Positions 46,305-55,588 of a stretch of 64,000 nt of DNA are shown here, piece after piece; positions within the stretch are counted from its first letter, which is position 1, and each line of letters begins with the position of its first letter. The position numbers were made by a program, and so were the translations under genes. Source of the stretch: Vicinamibacterales bacterium (GTDB taxonomy: Bacteria > Acidobacteriota > Vicinamibacteria > Vicinamibacterales > UBA8438); NCBI GenBank assembly GCA_965229825.1, contig CBDDJQ010000005.1:106350-170349 (forward strand), in the 5' to 3' direction. Below the pieces are notes generated by a model. It was not told where the DNA came from and made no database searches. It saw only the letters and a program-made list of their open reading frames with translations.

Positions 46305-47492
46305 ATGTTCCTTCCGCTCGGCGACGAGCCGAACCCCCCCGGGACACCCGTCGTCACCTGGGCCCTGATCGGGGTCAACGCGGCCGTCTTCCTGCTCGTG
46401 ACGCTGCCCCTGAGCGCGGTGCGGCCGGCGTTGGACGACCCGGTGCTGGCCGACTACGTGCGCGCGCTCGCCCCCCAGCTCGCCGGCCGGATGCCGCTCG
46501 CGGCGCTGCTGGAGCAGGTGTCGACCTACGACCTGGTGGTCTTCGCGCATGGTTTCCGTCCCGCCGACCCGAGCGTGCCGGCGCTCGTGACCTCGATGTT
46601 TCTCCACGGCGGGTTCATGCATCTCGCGGGCAACATGCTGTTCCTCTGGATCTACGGCGACAACGTCGAGCACCGCCTCGGACGGTGGCGCTATCTGGCC
46701 GCCTATCTCGCCACCGGGGTCCTGGCGACCCTCTCCCACGCGATCCTGGAGCTCGACTCCGTATTGCCGATGGTCGGAGCCTCGGGCGCCGTCTCGGGGG
46801 TGCTCGGCTTCTACTTCATCTGGTTTCCGCGGAATCGTGTCCGGCTCTGGATCATGCTGTTTCCGTTCTTCATGAACGTCGTCTACGCCCCGGCGCGGCT
46901 GGTGCTCGGGGTCTATCTCATCGTCGACAATCTGCTGCCGCTCCTGGTGACCCGCGCCGCCGGTGGCGGGGGAGTGGCCTACGGCGCGCATATCGGCGGC
47001 TTCGCCGGCGGACTGGCGTACGCCTGGTGGAGCGCACGGCGCGAGGTCGGCGCGCGGCCGTCGGAGTCCGCGCGGCCGTCGGAGTCCGAGCCGCCGGCGC
47101 CGGTCGTCGACGCCGATCCGTCGTCGACCCGCGGCATCCGTCTGTCGATCGCGGCCGGCGAGCACGAGGCGGCGGTCGCCGCCTACTTCCGACTCAGCCC
47201 GGCGCGCACGGTGCGGCTGCTGATGCCGCGCGATTCCCTCGAGTTCGGGCGGTGGCTGGCCAACCACGACCATCCCGCCGCCGCGCTCGTGGTCTATCAG
47301 CGGCATCTCCGCGACTATCCGCGGGGTCCGTACGTGGCCGAGGCCCACCTCGGGGCGGGGCTGGTGCAACTGTATGCGCGCAACCAGTCGACCGCCGCCG
47401 GTCAGCATTTGATGGCGGTGCTCGACACCGACCCGCATCCCGAGACGGAGGCCCACGCCCGGCGCGCGCTGGCGGATATCGGTCGGCGGTGA
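46305..47492 (+). CDS. Rhomboid-family intramembrane serine protease with a C-terminal TPR-like soluble domain
   Basis: FLHGGFMHLAGNMLFLW, the catalytic GASGAVSG, and the His in AHIGGFAGG. The helical-repeat tail ends ...EAHARRALADIGRR. Confidence 0.8.
   Translation: MFLPLGDEPNPPGTPVVTWALIGVNAAVFLLVTLPLSAVRPALDDPVLADYVRALAPQLAGRMPLAALLEQVSTYDLVVFAHGFRPADPSVPALVTSMFLHGGFMHLAGNMLFLWIYGDNVEHRLGRWRYLAAYLATGVLATLSHAILELDSVLPMVGASGAVSGVLGFYFIWFPRNRVRLWIMLFPFFMNVVYAPARLVLGVYLIVDNLLPLLVTRAAGGGGVAYGAHIGGFAGGLAYAWWSARREVGARPSESARPSESEPPAPVVDADPSSTRGIRLSIAAGEHEAAVAAYFRLSPARTVRLLMPRDSLEFGRWLANHDHPAAALVVYQRHLRDYPRGPYVAEAHLGAGLVQLYARNQSTAAGQHLMAVLDTDPHPETEAHARRALADIGRR
47052..47087 (+). repeat. Perfect 18-bp tandem duplication (GCGCGGCCGTCGGAGTCC x2)
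   Basis: Read directly from the sequence. It encodes ARPSES-ARPSES in the linker of the rhomboid protein. Confidence 0.9.
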
Positions 47493-47651
47493 GCGCGCCC
47501 GGCGCGACGCGGCGCCGCCCGGTCGCGTCACCTCGATACGGCTCCCCGACGTTGCGCGCGCACGGACGCAGACGAGCGCGTAACCCCGTCGATTCGGCCG
47601 CCGGCCGGGACCGCCGGGGCGCCGGTTCCGCCGTTGCCAGCCGGCGCAAAA

Positions 47652-47677
47652 TGTCGGATTGCTCTCCAGAGCCGACA
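47652..47677. promoter_or_regulatory. Palindrome TGTCGG-N14-CCGACA, a candidate enhancer-binding-protein site about 110 bp upstream of the sigma54 promoter
   Basis: Seen directly in the sequence. Its position relative to the -24/-12 element fits an upstream activator sequence. Confidence 0.3.
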
Positions 47678-47773
47678 ATTCCGTAGATTTCGCCAGTCCG
47701 GCGTATTCTCCCGCCACACAATAAACCCCGAATTCATTGGGTTAATAGACCCTGCAGACCCGGCCGGTCAATG

Positions 47774-47788
47774 TGGCCCGGTACTTGC
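47774..47788 (+). promoter_or_regulatory. Sigma54 (-24/-12) promoter TGGCCC-GGTAC-TTGC upstream of glnK-amtB
   Basis: GG and GC dinucleotides have the canonical spacing (consensus TGGCAC-N5-TTGC). It lies about 105 nt upstream of the glnK ATG, in a nitrogen-regulated context. Confidence 0.55.
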
Positions 47789-47794
47789 TTGTAG

Positions 47795-48231
<437 letters not shown>

Positions 48232-48232
<1 letters not shown>

Positions 48233-48396
48233 CAGTCCGCGACGTGGAACGGCGCGGACTGCTGGCGGGTTGGTTGGGCGGCAATCGGAGCCGCAGGCGA
48301 CGATTGGCGGGCGAGGAGTCGCGCCGCGGAACGGCGGAGACTCTCGACAGGGTTGGTCGGGCGGGAAGCGGAGCCGCAGGGCGACGGCTTCCGGAC
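48232..48396 (+). repeat. Two tandem bipartite REP-like units (hairpin 48232-48262, module 1 48263-48312, hairpin 48313-48345, module 1 48348-48396)
   Basis: GCAGTCCGCG-ACGTGGAACGG-CGCGGACTGC is a perfect 10-bp stem. It is followed by GGCGGGTTGGTTGGGCGGCAATCGGAGCCGCAGGCGACGATTGGCGGGC. A second, diverged hairpin plus GGGTTGGTCGGGCGGGAAGCGGAGCCGCAGGGCGACGGCTTCC follows. Confidence 0.75.
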
Positions 48397-48444
48397 GAGC
48401 CCCGAACGTTGCACAGACTGCATGGATAGAGAAGGACACTACCA

Positions 48445-49764
48445 ATGACGAATACGCTGCCGCGGCGGGTCGGTCGCTACGCGCTCTTGCTCCTGGGCCT
48501 CGTACTGGTGCCGAGCGTGGTGTTCGCGCAGGACGAGGTCTCCCAGGAAATGTTCACCGTGAACAACACCTGGATGCTGGTCGCCACCTTCCTGGTGTTC
48601 ATCATGCACCTCGGCTTCGCGGCGCTGGAGAGCGGCCTGACGAGAGCCAAGAACACCGTCAACATTCTGTTCAAGAACACGGCGATCATCTCCATCGGGT
48701 TGCTGACCTACGCCATCGTGGGGTTCAACCTCATGTATCCCGGGGACTTCAGCCTCGGCGAGTTCTTCGGATTCGCCGGATTCGGGCTCGACCCCGGCGC
48801 CGAAGGCAATACTTCGGCCTACAACCCAGGCTATACGTACTACACGGACTTCATCTTCCAGGGCATGTTCGCGGCGACCGCGGCGACGATCGTGTCGGGC
48901 GCGGTCGCCGAGCGGATCAAGCTGGGGTCGTTCCTGATCTTCACCACCCTCTACGTCGCGGTCATCTATCCCATCGCCGGGTCGTGGAAATGGGGCGGGG
49001 GCTGGCTCGACCAGATGGGCTTCTATGACTTCGCGGGGTCGACCCTCGTGCACTCGGTCGGCGGCTGGGCCGCCCTCGCCGGCGTCATCGTGCTCGGACC
49101 GCGGCTGGGCAAGTACGTCGACGGCAAGATTCGACCGGTCGCCGGGCACAGCATGCCGCTGGCCACGATCGGCGTATTCCTGCTGTGGCTGGGCTGGTAC
49201 GGGTTCAACGGCGGGTCGGTGCTCAGCGCCGATCCCGGCTTGGTGTCCCTCGTGTTCGTCACGACGTCGCTCGCCGCCGCGGCCGGCGTCATGGGCGCGA
49301 TGGCCGCTTCCTGGGGCCTGCAGCACAAGCCCGATCTCAGCATGGTGCTGAACGGTGCGCTGGCCGGCCTGGTCGGCATCACCGCCGGCGCGGACACCGT
49401 GGGGGTCACCTCCGCCATCATCATCGGGGTCGTCGCCGGCGTCATCGTGGTCGGATCGGTGCTCCTGCTCGATCGGGTCAAGCTCGACGATCCGGTGGGC
49501 GCCATCTCCGTTCACCTCGTCTGCGGCGTGTGGGGGACGCTCGCCGTCGGGATCTTCAGCACGAACCCGGAGCACTCCTTCCTGACGCAGCTCACCGGCG
49601 TCCTCGCCTACGGCGTCTTTTGCTTCATCGCGGCGTTCGCCATCTTCTTCGCGCTCAAGATGAGCCTCGGACTGCGGGTGGATCCCGACGAGGAACGCAT
49701 GGGCCTCGACGTTAGCGAGCACGGGATGGAAGCCTACGGGGGCTTCCAGATTACCCAGGCCTGA
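48445..49764 (+). CDS. amtB: Ammonium transporter
   Basis: 439 aa with a signal peptide. Hallmark blocks DFAGSTLVHSVGGWAALAG, LLWLGWYGFNGGS and VHLVCGVWGTLAVG. Confidence 0.95.
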   Translation: MTNTLPRRVGRYALLLLGLVLVPSVVFAQDEVSQEMFTVNNTWMLVATFLVFIMHLGFAALESGLTRAKNTVNILFKNTAIISIGLLTYAIVGFNLMYPGDFSLGEFFGFAGFGLDPGAEGNTSAYNPGYTYYTDFIFQGMFAATAATIVSGAVAERIKLGSFLIFTTLYVAVIYPIAGSWKWGGGWLDQMGFYDFAGSTLVHSVGGWAALAGVIVLGPRLGKYVDGKIRPVAGHSMPLATIGVFLLWLGWYGFNGGSVLSADPGLVSLVFVTTSLAAAAGVMGAMAASWGLQHKPDLSMVLNGALAGLVGITAGADTVGVTSAIIIGVVAGVIVVGSVLLLDRVKLDDPVGAISVHLVCGVWGTLAVGIFSTNPEHSFLTQLTGVLAYGVFCFIAAFAIFFALKMSLGLRVDPDEERMGLDVSEHGMEAYGGFQITQA

Positions 49765-49782
49765 GTCTGGTCGGCGATACAG

Positions 49783-49818
49783 GGTGCGCCCGCAGACCGG
49801 GAAGCTGCCGGGCGCACC
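49783..49818 (+). terminator. Strong hairpin after amtB (GGTGCGCCCG-N16-CGGGCGCACC) without a U-tract
   Basis: Perfect 10-bp stem seen directly in the sequence. The lack of a T-run makes its terminator function uncertain. Confidence 0.3.
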
Positions 49819-49999
49819 TCATCACGCACGCAGCCGAGTTTCCGAGCGGGATCGTCCGGTCGCCGGCACGACTCCGCCGGCCGAAGCGCGGCGCGGAGAG
49901 GAACAAGAAAAACGACGCAGGCGGGATTGCATCCGTACCGACACACGGTGCGCCCGTTACCGGCGCGACAACCGATCTTCCAGGAGAGGAATCAGGGCA

Positions 50000-50836
50000 A
50001 TGACTTCGACATGCACACGCAACATCACGAACCGCCTGGCCCGCGGCATTCTGGCCTCGGCGGCGGCATCCGTCCTGTTGGCCGGCACCGCCGCCGCGCA
50101 GAACAGCGGTAACGTATCGATGAGCGCCGGCACCGACATCGTCAACCAGTACTACTTCCGGGGCATCATTCAGGAAACCGGCGGCCTCATCATGCAGCCG
50201 TTCCTGGACGCCAGCATCAGCTTCGGCGCCGCCTCGATAACCGCCGGCACGTGGAGCAGCCTGCACTCCGCGGGCGGCGCCGGGTTCGATGGAGCGGCGG
50301 AGAGCTTCTACGAGACCGACTTCTACGCCGGCATCGGCGGCTCTGCCGGGGCGGTCGGCGTCGACGTCACCTACACGGCGTACATGAGTCCGCGCGGCAG
50401 TTGGGGCACGACCAAGGAGATTGCGCTCGGCTTGAGTCACGACAGCGCCGTCGCGCCCTCCGCCACCTTCGCGTTCGAGCTCAGCGGCGGCGCCGAGGGC
50501 GGTCCGAACAAGGGCAGCTACCTCGAGCTGGGCATCGAGCCGTCGGCGCCGCTCGACGGGCCGGTCGGCCTCTCGTTCCCCGTGACGCTGGGCATGAGCA
50601 TGAGCAACTACTTCGAGTACGTGGACGCCAGCGGGTCCCCGGCCGACGGCAAGTTCGGGTTCTTCAGCGTCGGCGCGTCGGTCGGCATCCCGCTCAATAC
50701 GCCGGAGGAGTACGGCTCGTGGGAGATCGCCCTCGGTCTCAATGCCCTCATGTTCGGCGAGGGGCTCAAGGCGATCAACGGCGAAGACTCCGGCTTCAAG
50801 CCGATCGCGATCTTCGGTCTGAGCGTCGGCTACTAG
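50000..50836 (+). CDS. TorF/Gcw_chp-family (TIGR02001-like) outer-membrane beta-barrel protein
   Basis: Signal peptide ...LLAGTAAAQ. TDIVNQYYFRGIIQETGGLIMQPFLDASISF, ETDFYAGIGGS, VDVTYTAYMSP, and the terminal ...IFGLSVGY. This family is frequently linked to glnK/amtB. Confidence 0.75.
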   Translation: MTSTCTRNITNRLARGILASAAASVLLAGTAAAQNSGNVSMSAGTDIVNQYYFRGIIQETGGLIMQPFLDASISFGAASITAGTWSSLHSAGGAGFDGAAESFYETDFYAGIGGSAGAVGVDVTYTAYMSPRGSWGTTKEIALGLSHDSAVAPSATFAFELSGGAEGGPNKGSYLELGIEPSAPLDGPVGLSFPVTLGMSMSNYFEYVDASGSPADGKFGFFSVGASVGIPLNTPEEYGSWEIALGLNALMFGEGLKAINGEDSGFKPIAIFGLSVGY

Positions 50837-51135
50837 GAGTCGTCTGCAAGGCGGTGTCCGGCGCCGGGCCTCCGGCGTCGGGCGTCACCGTCCCGCAAGA
50901 AACTCGCCGCTCCCTCTGGTAAGATATATCGTTTGCGGACAGCCGCAAGTTGGCCGGTGCCGTCGAATCCGTATCGGATTTGCGCCGGCCCGTGATCGGC
51001 ATCGCGGGGCGCCGAACGCGCCGCCGCACAGACCGCGCGCCTTCGTACCGGTTCACGGCGCCGCCGCGTTCTGCTCCCGGCGTGAACTGGAGCATGGCCC
51101 GGCGCAGTCCCGAACTCCGGCGCGGTCCCGAATCG

Positions 51136-53748
51136 ATGACCAGCACTTCCCCCGGCGCCGCGCCCGCAGAAGGGCAGTCTCCGGCGGACGCCCTCCGCAC
51201 GGCGCGCGACCGCTTCGAAGCGGACATCCGAGAGGCGCGCGGCGGCCGGCAGGCCGCACGGGAGTACTCCACCGCGGTGGACCGCATACTGGCCGGGATC
51301 CTGGCCGACGCCTCCGCCCGGACCGGTGCCTCGACCACCCCGGTGGCGCTGGTGGCGATCGGCGGGTACGGCCGGCGCCAGCTCTGTCTCCATTCCGACA
51401 TCGACCTCCTGATCCTGTTCGACTGCCGGATCACGGCGGCCGAGGAGCGGCTGGCCAAGGCCCTGTTCCACCCGCTGTGGGATCTCGGTCTCGACGTCGG
51501 TCACCAGGTGCGGCAGGTCAGCGAGCTCGAGGGACACGTGGAGACCGACAACCCGGAGTTCCTGGTCTCTGTTTCCGAGGCGCGGTTCCTGGCCGGCGAC
51601 ACGGCGGTCTTCGACCGGCTCACGGCCTGCGTCCGCGACAGCGGGTCACCGTGGCGCGGGGCTACCATCGACGCGTTGCGGGGGTTGGTCGCGGAACGCC
51701 AACGGCACTACAACCACACCATCTACCACCTCGAACCGGACATCAAGGAAGCCCCCGGCGCCCTGCGTGACGTGTCCGCGATCCGGACCCTGATCGCGCT
51801 GGCCCCCTCGGAGACCGACGGTCTGGCGCCCCTCATCACGGGCCGCCGTGACGAGGCGCTCGACGAAGCCGAGGAATTCCTGCTGCGCATCCGGTCGATG
51901 GTGCATCTCGACAACAAGCGCGATCAGAACCTCCTGAGTCATGAACATCAGGAAACGGTAGCCGAACGTTTCGGCTCGCCGGGCTCGAAGGCGGGGGCGG
52001 TCGAGGCGCTGATGAGCGTCTATTTCCACCACGCCCGTATCGTGGCGCGGGTACTGTCGCATGTCATGGAGGGCACGAACCCGGCCCCGGCCGCGACCCC
52101 CACCGGCGTGATCGCCGACAACATCGAGCGCGGCCGCGAGGGGGTCGGCTTCATCGACACCGTGCGCGCCTCGCTGCAGCCGCGCACATGGCTCGCGGTG
52201 TTCCAGGCCGCCGTCGACGAAGGCTGTGCGGTGGCTCCCGACACCCTCACGTTCATCGAGCGGCACGGCGACCGCTACACGTCGGAGCAGTTCTTCCCGG
52301 AAAAGGCCGAATGCGAGCAGTTCCTGCATTTCCTGAAACCGAGAGCCGGCCTCTACCACCGGCTCTCGGAAATGCACGAGAACGGGCTGCTCGGACGCAT
52401 GTTCCCCGAGTTCCGCAAGATCTACTGCCGGGTCATCCGCGACTTCTTTCACAAGTACACGGTCGACGAGCATACGCTCGTGACCATCCGCAACCTGTCG
52501 GACCTGACCGACCGCGACTCGTGCACGCCGTCGCGCCGGCGGTTCTCCGGCGCGCTGGCCGAATTGGACCAGCCCGAGCTGATCGTCCTGGCGTTGCTGT
52601 TTCACGACGTAGGCAAGTGGACGAACAAGAACCATGCGGAAGAGGGCGTTCGCATGGTCGCGGGACCGCTTCGCCGGCTCCGGGTCCCGCCGCCCGCCGC
52701 CCGCATCGTGGAGTTCCTGATACGCCACCATCTCGTCATGTCGCAGGCGGCATTCCGGCGAGACACCCAGGACCCGGAGGTGCCCCGGCAGTTCGCCCGG
52801 CTGGTGGGCACCGAGAACCGGCTCAGGATGCTGTGCCTGCTGACCCTGGTGGACATTCAGGCCACGACCCGGGAGACCCTCACGCCCTGGAAGGAAGAGC
52901 TCCTGTGGCGCCTGTACGTCGACACCTACAACCACCTGACGCTGGGCTACGGCGACGAGGTGATTGCGACGGGCGAACAGAGCGTGGCCGAGCTCATGGC
53001 CGGACGCCCCCCGGAGATCACCGAGGCGCAGGTCACGAGGTTTCTCGACGGTCTGCCCCGGCGCTACCTGCGGCTCGTCGACCCCCGGCGCGTGTACGAC
53101 CACATCGTGCTGTCCCGCGATCTCGAATCGGATGCGGTACGGGTCAACCTCGAACGACAGGACGAGGTGTGGGAGCTCAGTGTCGTCACCCGCGACCGCC
53201 CGCGCATCTTTTCCAAGATCTGCGGGGTGCTGTCCTACTTCGGCATGGACATTCTTCGGGGCCAAGCGATGAGCAATCGCGAACGGGTGGTGCTCGACCT
53301 GTTCCGCTTCGTCGATGCCGATCAGTTCCTGGCCCTCAACGAATCGGGCGCATCCGAGCTCACGCGCCTGCTGCAGCAGGTCTTGACGGGCGCCGTCGAT
53401 CTGAAATCGATGCTGAAGGGACGCGAAGCGGCGGCGCGGGCGCGCCGCCGCCGGATCCGCATCCCGAGCGTGGTGCACTTCGACCACTACTACTCGGACC
53501 GATACACCGTCCTGGAGGTCGGCGGGACCAACCAGTGGGGACTGCTGCACCGCATCAGCGGAGTCATTTCCGAACATGGATGCGACATCGACCTGGCCCT
53601 GATCTCCACCGAAGGTGATCGCGCAACCGACGTGTTCCACCTGACGCGCGACGGCAAGAAGCTGTCGACCGACATGGAGCACGAGCTCCGCGCCGATCTC
53701 GAAGCGGCGTTGGGTACGGCGGAGGCCGTGCGGCAGTCTGCGCCGTAG
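51136..53748 (+). CDS. glnD: [Protein-PII] uridylyltransferase / uridylyl-removing enzyme
   Basis: Nucleotidyltransferase block ALVAIGGYGRRQLCLHSDIDLLILF. HD domain LLFHDVGK. Two C-terminal ACT domains. The start may instead be 51094 or the track start 50950. Confidence 0.9.
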   Translation: MTSTSPGAAPAEGQSPADALRTARDRFEADIREARGGRQAAREYSTAVDRILAGILADASARTGASTTPVALVAIGGYGRRQLCLHSDIDLLILFDCRITAAEERLAKALFHPLWDLGLDVGHQVRQVSELEGHVETDNPEFLVSVSEARFLAGDTAVFDRLTACVRDSGSPWRGATIDALRGLVAERQRHYNHTIYHLEPDIKEAPGALRDVSAIRTLIALAPSETDGLAPLITGRRDEALDEAEEFLLRIRSMVHLDNKRDQNLLSHEHQETVAERFGSPGSKAGAVEALMSVYFHHARIVARVLSHVMEGTNPAPAATPTGVIADNIERGREGVGFIDTVRASLQPRTWLAVFQAAVDEGCAVAPDTLTFIERHGDRYTSEQFFPEKAECEQFLHFLKPRAGLYHRLSEMHENGLLGRMFPEFRKIYCRVIRDFFHKYTVDEHTLVTIRNLSDLTDRDSCTPSRRRFSGALAELDQPELIVLALLFHDVGKWTNKNHAEEGVRMVAGPLRRLRVPPPAARIVEFLIRHHLVMSQAAFRRDTQDPEVPRQFARLVGTENRLRMLCLLTLVDIQATTRETLTPWKEELLWRLYVDTYNHLTLGYGDEVIATGEQSVAELMAGRPPEITEAQVTRFLDGLPRRYLRLVDPRRVYDHIVLSRDLESDAVRVNLERQDEVWELSVVTRDRPRIFSKICGVLSYFGMDILRGQAMSNRERVVLDLFRFVDADQFLALNESGASELTRLLQQVLTGAVDLKSMLKGREAAARARRRRIRIPSVVHFDHYYSDRYTVLEVGGTNQWGLLHRISGVISEHGCDIDLALISTEGDRATDVFHLTRDGKKLSTDMEHELRADLEAALGTAEAVRQSAP

Positions 53749-53765
53749 AACGGCCCCGACTGGGA

Positions 53766-53805
53766 GGGGTTGGGCGGGAACCCGGCGCCGGGAGGCGGGA
53801 TTTCC
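53766..53805 (+). repeat. Degenerate REP-like module 1, copy F
   Basis: GGGGTTGGGCGGGAACCCGGCGCCGGGAGGCGGGATTTCC aligns with the 48348-48396 copy with several mismatches. Confidence 0.4.
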
Positions 53806-53939
53806 AGCCAGCCCGGGCGGGCTCGCGTCGCGAAAGGCCAGTCAGCAGCAATCGAACCGGGGATTCAACGCGCGGCGACCGAACCTGGTGCCGACGTCGA
53901 GACGTCGTCAACGAACGGTGACACAGGGAGGACACACGG

Positions 53940-55373
53940 ATGACAGCGAACGATGTAATGGCACTGATCAAGGACAAAGGGATTTGCGCGGTCGATCTCC
54001 GGTTCATCGACCTGCCGGGTCTCTGGCAACACTTTACGATTTCGGCGAAGGAGTTCCAGGCGGACGCCTTCGAGGAAGGCGTTGGATTCGACGGGTCGAG
54101 CATCCGTGGATTTCAGGCGATTCAGGAAAGCGACATGCTGCTGTTTCCTGACGCCTCGACCGCCTTCATCGATCCGTTCTTCGAGCGGCCGACGCTGAAC
54201 ATCATCTGCAACATCAAGGACCCGATCACCGGCGAGTCGTACTCCCGCGACCCCAGGTACGTCGCGCAGAAGGCCATTGCCTATCTGAAGAGCACCGGGA
54301 TTGCCGACACCGCCTACTTCGGCCCGGAGCCGGAGTTCTTCATCTTCGACGACGTCCGCTTCGATCAGACCTATCAGCACGGCTTCTACTACGTCGACGC
54401 CGGCGAGGGCTTCTGGAACTCCGGGCGGGCGGAGAACCCGGACGCCGCCGGCAATTCGCGCAACCTCGGCTACAAGCCGCGTTACAAGGAGGGCTACTTC
54501 CCGGTTCCCCCGATGGACAGCCACCAGGACCTGCGGACCGAGATGATGCTCGAGCTGGAGAAGGTCGGGGTGGAGGTCGAGGTGCACCACCACGAGGTGG
54601 GGACGGCGGGACAGGCCGAGATCGACATGCGGTTCGACTCGCTCGTCAACATGGGCGACAAGCTCATGAAGTTCAAGTACGTGGTCAAGAACGTGGCGCA
54701 GCGGCACGGCAAGACCGTGACCATGATGCCGAAGCCGATCTTCCAGGACAACGGCTCGGGCATGCACGTCCACCAGAGTCTCTGGCTGAACGGCAAGAAC
54801 ACCTTCTTCGAGCCCGACGCCTACGCCGGGCTCAGCAGGACGGCGCTGCACTACATCGGCGGCATCCTGAAGCACGCCCCGGCCCTGCTCGCGTTCTGCA
54901 ACCCGACGACCAACTCGTACCGGCGGCTCGTCCCCGGCTACGAGGCGCCGATCAACCTCATCTACTCGATGCGCAACCGCAGCGCCGCGGTCCGCATTCC
55001 GGTGTACTCGGGCAGCGAGAAGGCCAAGCGGATCGAGACCCGTTTCCCCGATCCGACCTGCAACGGCTACCTCGCGTTCAGCGCGCTGCTCATGGCCGGC
55101 CTCGACGGCATCCAGAACGCGATCACGCCGATGGGTCCGCTCGACAAGGACCTCTACGATCTGCCACCCGAAGAGCATGCGAAGATCCCGAGCACCCCGG
55201 GCAGCCTCGAAGAGGCGCTCGACGCCCTCGCGGGGGACCACGAGTTCCTGCTGAAGGGGGACGTCTTCACGCAGGACCTCGTCGACAAGTGGATCGACTA
55301 CAAGCGCGGCGAGGTCGATGCGATCCGCCTGCGGCCGCATCCGTGGGAGTTCGCGATGTACTACGACATGTAG
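53940..55373 (+). CDS. glnA: Glutamine synthetase type I (with adenylylation-site Tyr context)
   Basis: 477 aa. AGGGAGGA RBS. Blocks [54 protein letters not shown] and [11 protein letters not shown]. Confidence 0.95.
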   Translation: MTANDVMALIKDKGICAVDLRFIDLPGLWQHFTISAKEFQADAFEEGVGFDGSSIRGFQAIQESDMLLFPDASTAFIDPFFERPTLNIICNIKDPITGESYSRDPRYVAQKAIAYLKSTGIADTAYFGPEPEFFIFDDVRFDQTYQHGFYYVDAGEGFWNSGRAENPDAAGNSRNLGYKPRYKEGYFPVPPMDSHQDLRTEMMLELEKVGVEVEVHHHEVGTAGQAEIDMRFDSLVNMGDKLMKFKYVVKNVAQRHGKTVTMMPKPIFQDNGSGMHVHQSLWLNGKNTFFEPDAYAGLSRTALHYIGGILKHAPALLAFCNPTTNSYRRLVPGYEAPINLIYSMRNRSAAVRIPVYSGSEKAKRIETRFPDPTCNGYLAFSALLMAGLDGIQNAITPMGPLDKDLYDLPPEEHAKIPSTPGSLEEALDALAGDHEFLLKGDVFTQDLVDKWIDYKRGEVDAIRLRPHPWEFAMYYDM

Positions 55374-55455
55374 CCCGCCAATCGTCGCCTGACGGCTCCG
55401 CTTGGCGCCCAACCAACCCTGCGGGAGCCCGCGCCCTTCCACGGCGCAGGCTCCC
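55371..55455 (-). repeat. Bipartite REP-like repeat, copy G (module 1 at 55371-55422, hairpin at 55423-55455)
   Basis: The reverse complement reads GGGAGCCTGCGCCGTGGAAGGGCGCGGGCTCCC + GCAGGGTTGGTTGGGCGCCAAGCGGAGCCGTCAGGCGACGATTGGCGGGCTA. It begins at the glnA stop codon. Confidence 0.75.
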
Positions 55456-55588
55456 GGTCGAGCCGCCGTTCCATCCCGACCGCCGAGATCGGCGGATCGG
55501 AGCATCGGAAGGGGCCGCCGGCCAGCGCCGGCGGCCCCTTTTCGCTTCCGGCCGCCCTTCCCCCTTTCTGATACACTTCGGCGTTCGC

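Noticed and set aside
47652-47677. The palindrome as a canonical NifA UAS (TGT-N10-ACA) or NtrC site.
   Set aside because: The spacing is TGT-N20-ACA, and the half-sites do not resemble TGCACC/GGTGCA. It is kept only as a generic candidate enhancer site.
53880-53939. A glutamine riboswitch or sigma54 promoter (TGGTGC-CGACG-TCGA) in the glnA leader.
   Set aside because: There is no match to the glnA-RNA motif as I remember it, and the -12 element is wrong. Only a small GACGTC-centred hairpin is present.
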